A stretch of 64,000 nt of DNA from an uncultured Actinomycetes bacterium (GCA_963767005.1 CAVYCN010000003.1:288001-352000); one strand, 5' to 3'; shown: positions 50,268 through 59,962, counted from the stretch's first letter. The notes: generated from the sequence alone by a model not told the origin. A program made the numbers and translations.

Positions 50268-52016
50268 CTACGAGCGCCGCCGCAGCAGCCCGGGGGCGAG
50301 CTTCCAGAGGTCGGTCCCGAGCTTGTCGTTCTCGCGGTAGTCGATCGGCACCTCGACGACGACCGGGCCGCTCGCCGCGAGGGCCCGCTCGAGGACGGGC
50401 CGCAGGTCGCCGGCCCGCGCCACCCGGTACCCATCGAGGCCGAAGGCGTGCGCGAGGGCGACGAAGTCCGGGTTGCCGAAGCGGGTGCCGCTCACGTGGC
50501 CGAACGCGCGGCGCTGGTGCATCTCGATCAGGCCGTAGCTGCCGTCGCTCCAGACGAGCACGACGAGCGGGTTGCCGAGGCGGCGGGCCGTCTCGAGCTC
50601 GCCGACGTTCATGAGAAAGCCGCCGTCGCCGACGATGGCGGCGACCCTGCGGCGCCCCTGCACGGTGAGCGCCGCGGCGATGGCGGCCGGCAGGCCGAAG
50701 CCCATCGCCGCGAAGCCGTTGGAGATGAGCACCGTGTTGGGCTCGTCCGTCTCCCAGAAACGCGCCACCCAGAGCTTGTGGGCGCCGACGTCGCTCACCA
50801 GGATGTCGTCGGGGGCAAGGAGGGCGCGCAGCTCGCGCAGCACGCGCTGCGGCTTGACCGGCGCGTCGTCGTCGGAGTCGCCGTCGAGCGCCGCCTCGAG
50901 CGCGCGGTGGTAGGGCGGCACCTCGAGCTCGGACAGCGGCCTCTCGGCCAGCAGGCGGCCGAGCTCGACGATGATGTGGGTGAGGTCGCCGACGAGCTCG
51001 ACCTCGGGCACGTAGTGGGCGTCGATATCGGGCGCCGCCGTGTCGATGCAGACGATGCGCCGGTCGCCCTCCGGGTTCCAGGCGGCGGGCGCCCATTCGA
51101 CGAGGTCGTAGCCGACGCACACGACGAGATCGGCGCGGCCCAGGATGCCGGCTGGGTAGTCCTGGGCCTGCAGGCCGGCCGTGAACAGGAAGTGTTCGTC
51201 GTCGGCGCGCAGCACGCCCTTGCCCATGAACGTGGTGATCACGTGCAGCCCGGTGCGCCGGCAGAGCTCGCGCAGCGCCGGCGCGGCGCCCTGCCGCACC
51301 ACGCCGTGACCGACGAGGAGCACCGGCAGCCGCGCCCTTCGTATGAGACGCGCCGCCGCGCGCAGCGCCTCGTCGTCGGGCTCGCTAACCGGCGGCGGCG
51401 TGCGCTGCAGGCAGCGCCCGGCGAAGGCCGGCGCGGCCATCACGTCGGCCGGCAGCTCAAGGTGCGTCGCGCCGGGCTTTTCGGCGGTGGCCACGGCGAA
51501 AGCCTTGCGTACCGCCTCGGCCACGGTCCGCGGATCGTGGACGCGGGCGTTCCACTTGGTCATCGGCTCCATCATCTCGATGGTGTCGATGAACTGATGG
51601 GTCTCCTTGTGGATGCCGGTCAGGTCGACCTGGCCGGTGATCGCGACGAGCGGCGCGTGGTCGAGGTTCGCGTCGGCGATGCCCGTCGCCAGGTTGGTCG
51701 CCCCCGGGCCGAGCGTGGCCAGGCAGACGCCGGCCTTGCCGGTGAGGCGGCCGTAGGCCTCGGCCATGAAGGCGGCGGCGGCTTCGTGACGGGTGGGGAC
51801 GAAGGTGATCTGCTCGGAGCGGTCGAGCGCCTCGTTCACGTCGAGCGTCTCCTCGCCGGGGATGCCGAAGACGTACTCGACGCCCTCGTTCTCGAGGCAG
51901 GCCACGAACTGGTCCGCGGCGATCGCCGGGCGCGTCGCAGCCGGCCTCGCCGCAGCCGGCCTCGCCGCCCTGCGCATCGTGGTCGCGCCGCCCTTGCCTG
52001 TCTGCCGAGTCGCCAT
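50268..52016 (-). CDS. ThDP-dependent acetolactate synthase large-subunit-like protein
   Basis: FGIPGEE, RHEAAAAF, TLGPGATN and GDGGFLMN...N/S ThDP motif; no small subunit gene adjacent. Confidence 0.88.
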   Translation of the reverse strand: MATRQTGKGGATTMRRAARPAAARPAATRPAIAADQFVACLENEGVEYVFGIPGEETLDVNEALDRSEQITFVPTRHEAAAAFMAEAYGRLTGKAGVCLATLGPGATNLATGIADANLDHAPLVAITGQVDLTGIHKETHQFIDTIEMMEPMTKWNARVHDPRTVAEAVRKAFAVATAEKPGATHLELPADVMAAPAFAGRCLQRTPPPVSEPDDEALRAAARLIRRARLPVLLVGHGVVRQGAAPALRELCRRTGLHVITTFMGKGVLRADDEHFLFTAGLQAQDYPAGILGRADLVVCVGYDLVEWAPAAWNPEGDRRIVCIDTAAPDIDAHYVPEVELVGDLTHIIVELGRLLAERPLSELEVPPYHRALEAALDGDSDDDAPVKPQRVLRELRALLAPDDILVSDVGAHKLWVARFWETDEPNTVLISNGFAAMGFGLPAAIAAALTVQGRRRVAAIVGDGGFLMNVGELETARRLGNPLVVLVWSDGSYGLIEMHQRRAFGHVSGTRFGNPDFVALAHAFGLDGYRVARAGDLRPVLERALAASGPVVVEVPIDYRENDKLGTDLWKLAPGLLRRRS

Positions 52017-52138
52017 TTACCTCCGCTCGCTTTCGAGGTTGTACCCCGTACGAGCCCACCCGGAGCAACCTCGGCCGCGCGAGCCGGCTTGCGCGCCGCC
52101 GGCCGGCGGCCGGAGCTCGTCAGCGGCCGGCCGGCCGG

Positions 52139-53167
52139 TCAGCGCCGCGCGGCGTTCAGCGCCGGCTCAGACGCGTAGGCGTCGAGGCCGATGTAGTCGG
52201 GCCAGGGCACGGCCGGCAGATGGCTAGCGGCCAGGCCGACCATGGCCGCGTTGTCCGTGCACAGCGCGACCGGCGGGACGTAGGCCGTGAGGCCGTGCCG
52301 CGCGCAGGCCTCGGCGAGGCGGCGGCGCAGCCGCGAGTTCGCGGCCACGCCGCCGCCGACCGCGACCCGGCGCAAGCCCTCGTCCTCGGCGCAGCGCACG
52401 GTCTTGCGCACGAGCTGGTCGACGATCGCCTCCTGGTAGGAAGCGGCGACGGCGGCGCGGCGGGCCTCGCCGACCGCGTCGTCGGGGTGCTCGCGCAGGT
52501 AGTAGAGCAGCGCCGTCTTGAGACCGCTGAAGCTGAAATCGAAGCCGCGCGGCAGGCTGCGCGGGAAGGCGACGGCGGCGGGGTCGCCGCGCGCCGCCAG
52601 CAGGTCGAGCTCGCGGCCGCCCGGATACGGCAGGCCGAGCAGACGGGCGCCCTTGTCGAACGCCTCGCCGGCCGCGTCGTCGAGCGTGCGGCCGATCACG
52701 CGGAACTCGACGCCGCGCTCGACCACGGCGAGCAGCGTGTGGCCGCCGCTCGCGGTGAGGCAGACGAACGGCGCCTCGACGCCGAGCGCATAGCTCGCCG
52801 CGAGGTGGCCCTGCAGGTGGTCGACCGGCGTGAGCGGCAGCCGTCGCGCGTAGGCCAGGGCCTTCGCGCCGGCCAGGCCCACGAGCAGCGCGCCGATCAG
52901 GCCGGGGCCGGTGGTCACAGCCACGCCCTCGACGTCGCCCCAGGAGACGCCGGCCTCGTCGAGCGCGTCGGCGACGGCGCCGACCAGCAGCTCGGCGTGG
53001 CGCCGCGACGCGACCTCCGGCACCACACCCCCGAAGGCGGCGTGGAACTCGTGCTGCGACGACACCACCGACGAGCGGATGGGGTCGGCGCCGGGCGCCG
53101 CCGCGGTGTCGACCAGCGCCGCGCTCGTGTCGTCGCACGAGGTCTCGATGCAGAGCAGCAGGCTCAC
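52139..53167 (-). CDS. tsaD: tRNA N6-threonylcarbamoyladenosine synthesis protein TsaD
   Basis: IETSCDDT, GGVVPEVASRRH, HLQGH, SGGHT, DDAAGEAFDK, FSFSGLKT and TDNAAM motifs. Confidence 0.96.
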   Translation of the reverse strand: MSLLLCIETSCDDTSAALVDTAAAPGADPIRSSVVSSQHEFHAAFGGVVPEVASRRHAELLVGAVADALDEAGVSWGDVEGVAVTTGPGLIGALLVGLAGAKALAYARRLPLTPVDHLQGHLAASYALGVEAPFVCLTASGGHTLLAVVERGVEFRVIGRTLDDAAGEAFDKGARLLGLPYPGGRELDLLAARGDPAAVAFPRSLPRGFDFSFSGLKTALLYYLREHPDDAVGEARRAAVAASYQEAIVDQLVRKTVRCAEDEGLRRVAVGGGVAANSRLRRRLAEACARHGLTAYVPPVALCTDNAAMVGLAASHLPAVPWPDYIGLDAYASEPALNAARR

Positions 53168-53652
53168 GCCGAATCGCCCTCCCATTCCTTCCACATGATG
53201 AGGGCGTCTTCGCGGTTGTCGGAGTAGTAGCCGCGCCGCACGCCGGTCGTCACGAAGCCGTAGCTGCGGTAGAGCTCGATCGCCGGCTCGTTCGACACCC
53301 GCACCTCGAGCGTGTGGCCGCGGTGGGGGTGGTCCTCGGTGATAGCGAAGTAGCTCTCAAGCAGATCGGAGGCCACGTGACGGCGGCGCTGGGCCGCGCT
53401 CACCGCCAGGTTCATGACGTGCCAGACGTCGACGAACATGTCGGCGATCAGGTAACCCACGAGGCGGCCGTCGAGCGTGCAGCCCAGGCACAGCGCCTCG
53501 GGCTTGGTGACGAGCGACTGGAAGACGTTCGGGTGCCAGGGCAGCGTGAACGTGGCGCTCTCGATCGCGACGATCGCGGCGACGTCGGCCAGCACGAGGC
53601 GGCGGATCACGACCGGGGGTCCCGCCGGACGCCCGGGCAGCGTGTCGGTCAC
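53164..53652 (-). CDS. rimI: Ribosomal-protein-alanine N-acetyltransferase
   Basis: HVMNLAV, LEVRVSN and RRGYY...EDALIM motifs. Confidence 0.92.
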   Translation of the reverse strand: MTDTLPGRPAGPPVVIRRLVLADVAAIVAIESATFTLPWHPNVFQSLVTKPEALCLGCTLDGRLVGYLIADMFVDVWHVMNLAVSAAQRRRHVASDLLESYFAITEDHPHRGHTLEVRVSNEPAIELYRSYGFVTTGVRRGYYSDNREDALIMWKEWEGDSA

Positions 53653-54419
53653 GGCGCGCCTCCGCCCGTCGCGGCCGAGTCCGTACCGCTTCCGGCGGCC
53701 CGCCCAGGCGGTGGCGCGACGCCGGGGACGGCGTCGGGCTCGCGGCCGTAGATGGGCAGGGTCACGGCGAAGCCGCGCGTCACGGCGGGCGAGCCGGCCA
53801 GGAAGGTGCGGGCCACCATGAGCGCGTCGGGGGCGGCGACGGCGCGCTCGTGCACGACGGTCGGCGGCAGCCGGTCGGCATGCAGCAGCGCGCCGTCGCC
53901 GCCGACGAGCGCGCCCGGCCACAGCGCGAGGAAGGCCGCAAGGTCGCCGGCCGGCACGACTGTCAGGGCCACGGCCGGCGCGACGACGGGCCAGGGGAGC
54001 GCCGCGCCGGTCGCCGCGGGCAGCACGCGGTAGACGGCCGCGAACACCTCGTCGCGGCGGCCGTCGATCAGCGGCACGACGCAGGGGGCGCTCGCTCCGG
54101 CCTCGCCGGCGGCGAGGCCCCCGGCGAGCGCCTCGAGGCTCGGCACGCCGGCGAGCTCGAGGCCGGCGCCTTGCGCCAGCGCGCGCGCCGCCGCGATGCC
54201 GATGCGCAGCCCGGTGAACGTGCCGGGACCCAGGCCGCACACGACCGTGTCGATATCGGCGAGGCCGACGCCGGCCGCGGTCAGCGCCTCGTGCACGCCC
54301 TCAAGCAGGCGGCGCGCCGGGCGGCCGTCGGTGACCGGCCGCGAGCGGCCGAGCGCCGCACCGGCGCCGTCGACGACCGCAGCCGACGCCGCGCTTGCGG
54401 TATCGAGCGCGAGGATCAC
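53649..54419 (-). CDS. tsaB: t6A biosynthesis protein TsaB
   Basis: ILALDTA, GPGTFTGLRIG, SLEALA and IDGRRDEV motifs. Confidence 0.93.
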   Translation of the reverse strand: MILALDTASAASAAVVDGAGAALGRSRPVTDGRPARRLLEGVHEALTAAGVGLADIDTVVCGLGPGTFTGLRIGIAAARALAQGAGLELAGVPSLEALAGGLAAGEAGASAPCVVPLIDGRRDEVFAAVYRVLPAATGAALPWPVVAPAVALTVVPAGDLAAFLALWPGALVGGDGALLHADRLPPTVVHERAVAAPDALMVARTFLAGSPAVTRGFAVTLPIYGREPDAVPGVAPPPGRAAGSGTDSAATGGGAP

Positions 54420-54943
54420 GACGTCGCCTCGCCCGGTGCGGCCGCGACATCGGCCGCGACCATGACGTCGCCGAACCCGCCGGCGGCGCGCAGCGCGGCG
54501 CCGAGCGCCGCCTCGAACGCGGCGGCGGCGCGCAGCGTGAGACCGCGGCTTTCGAGCGTGCGATGGCTGAGCAGCACGTCGACATCGGCGGCCGGCAGCT
54601 CCGCCGCGGCCGCCTCGGGCCACTCCACGAACGTGAGCGCGGCGTCGCCGAGGTAGTCGTCGAAGGCGAACAGGCCGGCGTCGGCGCCCGGGCTCAGGCG
54701 GTACAGGTCGAGGTGGTGCAGGCGCAGGCCGTCAGTGCCCTCGTAGCTCTGGGCCAGCGTGAACGAGGGGCTCGCCACGACGCCTTCGACGCCCAGCGCG
54801 TGCAGGACCTCACGCACGAGCGTCGTCTTGCCGGTGCCGAGGTCGCCGCGCAACGCCACGAGCGCCGGCGGCACGAGCGCGACAGCGAGCAGCGAGGCGA
54901 ACGTCCCGGTGGCGTCCGGCGAGGTGAGCGTGGCGGTGAGCAT
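54416..54943 (-). CDS. tsaE: t6A biosynthesis ATPase TsaE
   Basis: GDLGTGKTT, SPSFTL, HLDLYRL and VEWPE motifs. Confidence 0.95.
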   Translation of the reverse strand: MLTATLTSPDATGTFASLLAVALVPPALVALRGDLGTGKTTLVREVLHALGVEGVVASPSFTLAQSYEGTDGLRLHHLDLYRLSPGADAGLFAFDDYLGDAALTFVEWPEAAAAELPAADVDVLLSHRTLESRGLTLRAAAAFEAALGAALRAAGGFGDVMVAADVAAAPGEATS

Positions 54944-54946
54944 GCG

Positions 54947-55687
54947 TCAGAAGAGGCCGAGCTGCTCGGCCGGGCCGCGCCCCGGGGGCGCCGGGGGCGG
55001 CGCCTGGCCGCGCTCCGGCGTGGTCGGCAGGACGCCCCGCGAGCCGATCGTCGGCGGCGGACCGTCGGCGCCGGCAGCAACGTCGTCGTCGGTCTCGAGC
55101 GGCAGCCCGAGCACCTCGGGCAGGCGCAGAAAGTCCTGCTTGAGCGTCTCGAGCATGGCCGGCGTGTACAGCGCGGCGGCCGGGTGGAAGATCGGATACA
55201 GGTAGAGCTCGCGGCCGCCCAGGCGCTTGCGCTGGGGGATGCCGTGCACGCGCGTGATGCCAGTCTGGCTGCCCGACAGGAGCTTGGTCGAGAAGTTGCC
55301 GAGGGTGCAAATCACGCGCGGCGCGATGAGCTCGATCTGGCGCAGCAGGTAGGGCTCGCAGGCCTCGATCTCCTCGGGCTTGGGGTCGCGGTTGTTGGGC
55401 GGCCGCGACTTGAGCACGTTACCGATGTAGACCTGCTCGCGCGACAGGCCGATCGTGGCGAGGAGCTGCTCGAGCAGCTTGCCGGCCTGGCCGACGAACG
55501 GCCGGCCCTGCTGGTCCTCGTGGTAGCCCGGCGCCTCGCCGACGAACATCAGGTCGCTGTGGGGGTCGCCCTCGCCGAAGACGACCCGGGTGCGCGTGCC
55601 GGCGAGCACGCAGCGCTCGCAGGCCTCGGCCTCGCGCCGCAGGGCGTCGAGCTCGGCTACGACCGGATCGTCAGTGGCAGGTGGCAC
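54947..55687 (-). CDS. udg: Uracil-DNA glycosylase family 4 (Fe-S)
   Basis: CERC, GEAPG, PFVGQAG, RPPNNRDP and FHPAA motifs. Confidence 0.92.
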   Translation of the reverse strand: MPPATDDPVVAELDALRREAEACERCVLAGTRTRVVFGEGDPHSDLMFVGEAPGYHEDQQGRPFVGQAGKLLEQLLATIGLSREQVYIGNVLKSRPPNNRDPKPEEIEACEPYLLRQIELIAPRVICTLGNFSTKLLSGSQTGITRVHGIPQRKRLGGRELYLYPIFHPAAALYTPAMLETLKQDFLRLPEVLGLPLETDDDVAAGADGPPPTIGSRGVLPTTPERGQAPPPAPPGRGPAEQLGLF

Positions 55688-55889
55688 AGGACGAGCCCGC
55701 ACACGTCGAGCAGCTCTTGCTCGCCCCGCCGCCGCCGAGGCCCGGCGAGCTCGAGTGGACAGCGAAGGCGGACAGCAGACGGCGCACGTCGCCGGTCGCG
55801 CACTCGGGGCAGCGCGGCTTGTCGCCGCTACGCACGAGCTCCTCGAACCGCAGCTCGCAGCGCTCGCAGATGAACTCGTAGATGGGCAT
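55671..55889 (-). CDS. FmdB family zinc-ribbon protein
   Basis: MPIYEFICERC...CPEC...RLLS with C-terminal CSTCAGSSCATCH. Confidence 0.9.
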   Translation of the reverse strand: MPIYEFICERCELRFEELVRSGDKPRCPECATGDVRRLLSAFAVHSSSPGLGGGGASKSCSTCAGSSCATCH

Positions 55890-55989
55890 GGCGTCAGTGT
55901 ACCACCGGGCCATTTGCCGCCGCACTTTCGCGTGTCGGCGACGTCTATGTGCAGCAGGCACGTTTGTCCAAGCCGTCCAAGAGGCACGA

Positions 55990-56018
55990 TTGACGCTGCC
56001 GGCGCGCGCCCCTACTCT
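55990..56018 (+). promoter_or_regulatory. sigma70 promoter for the pantothenate operon
   Basis: TTGACG-N17-TACTCT. Confidence 0.65.
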
Positions 56019-56055
56019 GTGAGTGGACGATCGGCCATCCGGCGGATCGGCCAAC

Positions 56056-56090
56056 GTGCCCGCTTCGAGCCTGGTGCCGGAGACGGGGAC
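56056..56090 (+). ncRNA. pan RNA motif-like hairpin in the 5' leader of the pantothenate genes
   Basis: CCCG-CTTCG-A-GC-CTGGT-GC-CGGAG-A-CGGG forms a stem with single bulged A residues on opposite strands, the described hallmark of pan RNAs, upstream of panC. Confidence 0.5.
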
Positions 56091-56176
56091 GACCGCCCAG
56101 AAGAAAGGTTGCGCCGGGACGAAGGCCGGCGCGGTACCGCCCGCCACGGGAGGACTGCAGCCAAGGAGCCGTCGCC

Positions 56177-57064
56177 TTGCTTCCACGCGAAGCGCTGCGG
56201 ATCTGTGTGATCGGACCGGGCCGTCTGGGGCTGACGCTCGTCGCGTCGCTCAGGCAGGCCGGGTTCGCCGTACCCGCGGTGGCGGCCTCGCCGGGCAGCC
56301 GGCTCGAGCCCACCGCCGATCCGCCGCGACTCTCACTGCCCGACGCGGTCGCACAGGCCGACGTTATCTGGATCACCGTGCCCGACGACGCTATCGAGGG
56401 CGTCGCCCATGACGTCGCCGCCGCGCTGCCGGCGCCGCTCGAGCGGCCGGTCGCGGCCGTCCACTCGAGCGGCCTGGGCTCGCTCGCGCTGCTCGCGCCG
56501 CTCCGCGGCCGGGTGGCCGGCATCCTTTCGCTGCACCCCTTGCAGAGCTTCGCCGCCCCCGGCGACGCCGGCACGCTGCGCGGCGTGCCGGTGGCGGTCA
56601 CCGGCGACACGCCGGCCGACGTCGAGCTCGGCACCTGGCTCGCCGAGCGGCTCGGCTGCCGTCCGTTCGCCCTGGCCGACGACGCCAAGCCGCTCTACCA
56701 CCTGGCGGCCGCAGTGGCCAGCAATCTCTTCGTCGCCCTGCAGAGCGAGGCCGGCGAGCTCATGGCCGCGGCGGCGGGTCTCGAGCCCGGCGACGCCGCC
56801 CACCTGCTCGCGCCGCTCGTCGGCACGACGGCCGGCAACGTCGCCGCCCGGGGCCCGGCCGGCGCGCTCACCGGCCCGGTCGCCCGCGGCGACGTCGGCA
56901 CGGTGCGCGCCCACCTCGAGCTGCTGGACGAGTGCGCCCCGCGCTTCGCCGACACGTACCGCTCGCTCTCGCTGCAGGCGCTCCATCTCGCGGCGCCGCG
57001 CCTCGACGACGACACCGTTCGCGCCCTGCGCGAGTTGCTCGAGCGGCCCGAGGGGCGGCTGTGA
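56177..57064 (+). CDS. Rossmann-like + DUF2520 protein (PanG-type ketopantoate reductase)
   Basis: IGPGRLG, TVPDD, HSSG, LHPLQSF, YHLAAAVASN and LTGPVARGD motifs; adjacent to panC. Confidence 0.85.
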   Translation: MLPREALRICVIGPGRLGLTLVASLRQAGFAVPAVAASPGSRLEPTADPPRLSLPDAVAQADVIWITVPDDAIEGVAHDVAAALPAPLERPVAAVHSSGLGSLALLAPLRGRVAGILSLHPLQSFAAPGDAGTLRGVPVAVTGDTPADVELGTWLAERLGCRPFALADDAKPLYHLAAAVASNLFVALQSEAGELMAAAAGLEPGDAAHLLAPLVGTTAGNVAARGPAGALTGPVARGDVGTVRAHLELLDECAPRFADTYRSLSLQALHLAAPRLDDDTVRALRELLERPEGRL

Positions 57065-58101
57065 ACGCCGTCCCCGACAGGCCCCGCACGCCGGCCGCGC
57101 CACCGTCTGGCACGGCCGTGCCTCGCCCGGGCGGCCTGAAGGCCGCGGCGGTGCCCGTGACTCGCACCGTCCCCGAGACCCGCCGGGCGCTCGCCGCCCT
57201 GCCGCGACCGCTCGGCCTGGTTGCGACCATGGGAGCGTTGCACGAGGGTCACCTGGCGCTGGTGCGGGCCGCGGCGACGGACTGCGCGAGCGTCGCCGTC
57301 TCGATCTTCGTGAACCCCACGCAGTTCGGGCCCGCCGAGGACCTCTCGCGCTATCCGCGCGACGAGGCCCGCGACGTACGCCTCGCGACGGCCGCCGGCG
57401 CCACGCTCGTCTTCGCGCCGAGCGCCGCGGAGATGTATCCGGCAGACAGCGCGACCGCGGTGCACGTCGAAGGCCCTCCCGCAGCCGGCTTCGAGGCGGC
57501 CGCGCGGCCCGGTCACTTCGACGGCGTCGCGACGATCGTGACCAAGCTGCTCACGATCGTCGCTCCCGACCGCGCCTACTTCGGGCGCAAGGACGCCCAG
57601 CAGCTCGCCGTCGTGCGGCGCCTGGCCGCCGACCTCGACCTGCCGGTCGCGATCGTGGCGGTCGGCACCGTGCGCGAGCCCGACGGCCTGGCCATGAGCT
57701 CGCGCAACGCCTACCTCACGCCGGCCGAACGTGCGACGGCCCCCGAGCTGCACCGCGCCCTGCTGGCCGGCCGCGCGGCCGCCGGGCGCGGCGCGCCGGC
57801 GATCGTCGCCGCGGTCGCGGCGCATCTCGCCGGCGCGCCGCGCTTCGCGCTCGACTACGCCGTCGTCGTCGACCCCGACCGTTTCACGCCGGTCGCCGAC
57901 GATGCCTCCGTGCCGTCCGGCAGCCTGATCGTGGCGGCCGCGCGGCTCGGCGACACCAGACTGCTCGACAACGAGCCCGTCGGAGCTGCCCCACCGGCGG
58001 CGGGACCGATGGGCGTTGCGACGGACCAGGCACCCGACCCGCGCGGCGGGCCGGACACGACATCTCCGCCCGCAGCGCGGGCGGCGCGACAGGAGGACTG
58101 A
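57061..58101 (+). CDS. panC: Pantoate--beta-alanine ligase
   Basis: TMGALHEGH, SIFVNPTQF, RPGHFDGV, FGRKDAQQ, GLAMSSRN and RLLDN motifs. Confidence 0.95.
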   Translation: MNAVPDRPRTPAAPPSGTAVPRPGGLKAAAVPVTRTVPETRRALAALPRPLGLVATMGALHEGHLALVRAAATDCASVAVSIFVNPTQFGPAEDLSRYPRDEARDVRLATAAGATLVFAPSAAEMYPADSATAVHVEGPPAAGFEAAARPGHFDGVATIVTKLLTIVAPDRAYFGRKDAQQLAVVRRLAADLDLPVAIVAVGTVREPDGLAMSSRNAYLTPAERATAPELHRALLAGRAAAGRGAPAIVAAVAAHLAGAPRFALDYAVVVDPDRFTPVADDASVPSGSLIVAAARLGDTRLLDNEPVGAAPPAAGPMGVATDQAPDPRGGPDTTSPPAARAARQED

Positions 58102-58107
58102 GACACC

Positions 58108-58581
58108 GTGGCGACAGTGATGATCAACGGTCGGCAGAAAGCGGCGGTCCGCGAGGGCCTGATGTGCGTCGTGACCGGCGCCATCGAGTTCTCGAGCGGC
58201 GGCAACGCCGCCATGATCGGCATCACCGACGAGGTGGCCGAGGCGGTCGCCCGCACAGGGCTGCGCGACGGCACGGTGACCGTGTTCGTGCCGGGCGCGA
58301 CCGGCGCCGTGACCACGCTCGAGTACGAGCCCGGCGTCGTGCACGACGTGCAGGAGATGCTCGACCAGATCACCCCGCCCGACCGGCACTACGTGCATAA
58401 CGACAACCTGCGCGACGGCAACGGCCACTCGCACGTGCGCGCCGGCCTGGTCGGCCCGTCGCTGACCGTGCCGTTCGTCGACGGCCGCCTCACGCTCGGC
58501 CGCTTTCAGACGATCGTCTTCTGCGACTTCGACGCGCGGCCTCGCGACCGTCAGCTCGTCGTCCAGGTGATGGGCGTATGA
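58108..58581 (+). CDS. YjbQ/UPF0047 family protein (secondary thiamine-phosphate synthase family)
   Basis: VPGATGAVTTLEYEPG, HN...DGNGHSHVRA and LTLGRFQ motifs; start may be ATG 58162. Confidence 0.88.
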   Translation: MATVMINGRQKAAVREGLMCVVTGAIEFSSGGNAAMIGITDEVAEAVARTGLRDGTVTVFVPGATGAVTTLEYEPGVVHDVQEMLDQITPPDRHYVHNDNLRDGNGHSHVRAGLVGPSLTVPFVDGRLTLGRFQTIVFCDFDARPRDRQLVVQVMGV

Positions 58582-59915
58582 GCGGCGGTGGTGGCGGCGC
58601 GGCGGCGGGAACCGCCGGCGCGGCGCCCCGCGTGCCGCTGCAGGTGGCGCTCGACTTCGTCGACCTGCCGCGCGCCCTGCAGATCGCGCGCGAGGCTGTC
58701 GCCGGCGGCGCCGACTGGGTCGAGGCCGGCACGCCGCTCATCAAGGCCGAGGGTCTCGCGGCGGTGCGCGAGCTCAAGGCCGCCTTCCCCGACAAGCTCG
58801 TCTTCGCTGACTTAAAGACGATGGATGCCGGCCGCATCGAGGTCGAGTACGCGGCCAAGGCCGGCGCCGGCCTGGTCGGCGTGCTCGGCGCGGCCAGCGA
58901 CTCGACCATCAGGGAGTGCATCGAGGCGGCTCACAGCTACGGCTGCAAGCTGATCGTCGATATGATCGAGGTGGCCGATCCGGTGGCCCGCGCGCGCCAG
59001 GCCGAAGCCTGGGGGGCGGACTATGTCGGCATCCACACGGCGATCGACCAGCAGATGCGCGGCGAGGCGCCCTTCACCACGCTGCGCGCGGTGGCCGCGG
59101 CCGTCGCCATCCCGGTGAGCGCCGCCGGCGGCATAAACTCCGAGACGGCGGCCGCCGCCGTGGCCGCGGGTGCCGGCGTCGTCGTGGTCGGCGGCGCGAT
59201 CACCAAGGCGACCGACGCCACGGCTGCCGCCGCCGAGATCCGGCGCGCGCTCGACGAGGGCGTCGCCATCGAGACCACGCTCTACAAGCGCGCCGGCGAG
59301 GCCGACGTGCGCGCCGTGCTCGAGCGCGTCTCGACCGCCAACATCTCCGACGCCTGGCATCGTCAGCCCAGCCTGCACGGCATCAGGCCGCTGCTGCCCG
59401 GCGCCCACATGTGCGGTCCGGCGGTGACCGTGCGCACCTATCCCGGCGACTGGGCCAAGCCGGTCGAGGCGATCGACGAGTGCAAGCCGGGCGACGTGCT
59501 GGTGGTCGATGCCTTCAACAGCTATCCCGCCATCTGGGGCGAGCTCGCCACGCACAGCGCCGTGGTCAAGGGCCTCGCCGGACTGGTCGTGTGGGGCGCC
59601 ATCCGCGACACGCCCGAGATCGGCCGCATGGGGTTCCCCGCCTTCTCCAGCCTGGTGAGCGCCAACGCCGGCGAGCCCAAGGGCTTCGGCGAGATCAACG
59701 TGCCGGTGCTGATCGCCGGCCAGACCGTCGAGCCCGGCGACTGGGTGGTCGGCGACGACGACGGCGTGATCGTGCTGCCGCGGGCGCAGGCCGTCGAGCT
59801 TGCCAACCGCGCCATGGACGTGCTCGAGAAGGAGAACCGCCTGCGCGGCGAGATCGACGCCGGCAAGACGCTCGCCGAGGTCGCCTACCTGCAGAAGTGG
59901 GAGAAGGCGCGCTGA
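58578..59915 (+). CDS. Fusion of 3-hexulose-6-phosphate synthase (OMPDC-fold) and RraA/HMG-aldolase-like domain
   Basis: N-domain LQVALD, EAGTPLIK, DLKTMDAG, HTAID, AGGI; C-domain STANISDA, GPAVTV, WGE-X20-RD, PGDWVVGDDDGV. Confidence 0.9.
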   Translation: MSGGGGGAAAGTAGAAPRVPLQVALDFVDLPRALQIAREAVAGGADWVEAGTPLIKAEGLAAVRELKAAFPDKLVFADLKTMDAGRIEVEYAAKAGAGLVGVLGAASDSTIRECIEAAHSYGCKLIVDMIEVADPVARARQAEAWGADYVGIHTAIDQQMRGEAPFTTLRAVAAAVAIPVSAAGGINSETAAAAVAAGAGVVVVGGAITKATDATAAAAEIRRALDEGVAIETTLYKRAGEADVRAVLERVSTANISDAWHRQPSLHGIRPLLPGAHMCGPAVTVRTYPGDWAKPVEAIDECKPGDVLVVDAFNSYPAIWGELATHSAVVKGLAGLVVWGAIRDTPEIGRMGFPAFSSLVSANAGEPKGFGEINVPVLIAGQTVEPGDWVVGDDDGVIVLPRAQAVELANRAMDVLEKENRLRGEIDAGKTLAEVAYLQKWEKAR

Positions 59916-59920
59916 CTCGC

Positions 59921-59962
59921 GGCGCCTGACGCCGCCGGCGCCCGCCGGCGGCGTCAGGCGCC
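59921..59962. terminator. Hairpin between convergent operons
   Basis: Inverted repeat GGCGCCTGACGCCGCCGGCG / CGCCGGCGGCGTCAGGCGCC. Confidence 0.65.
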
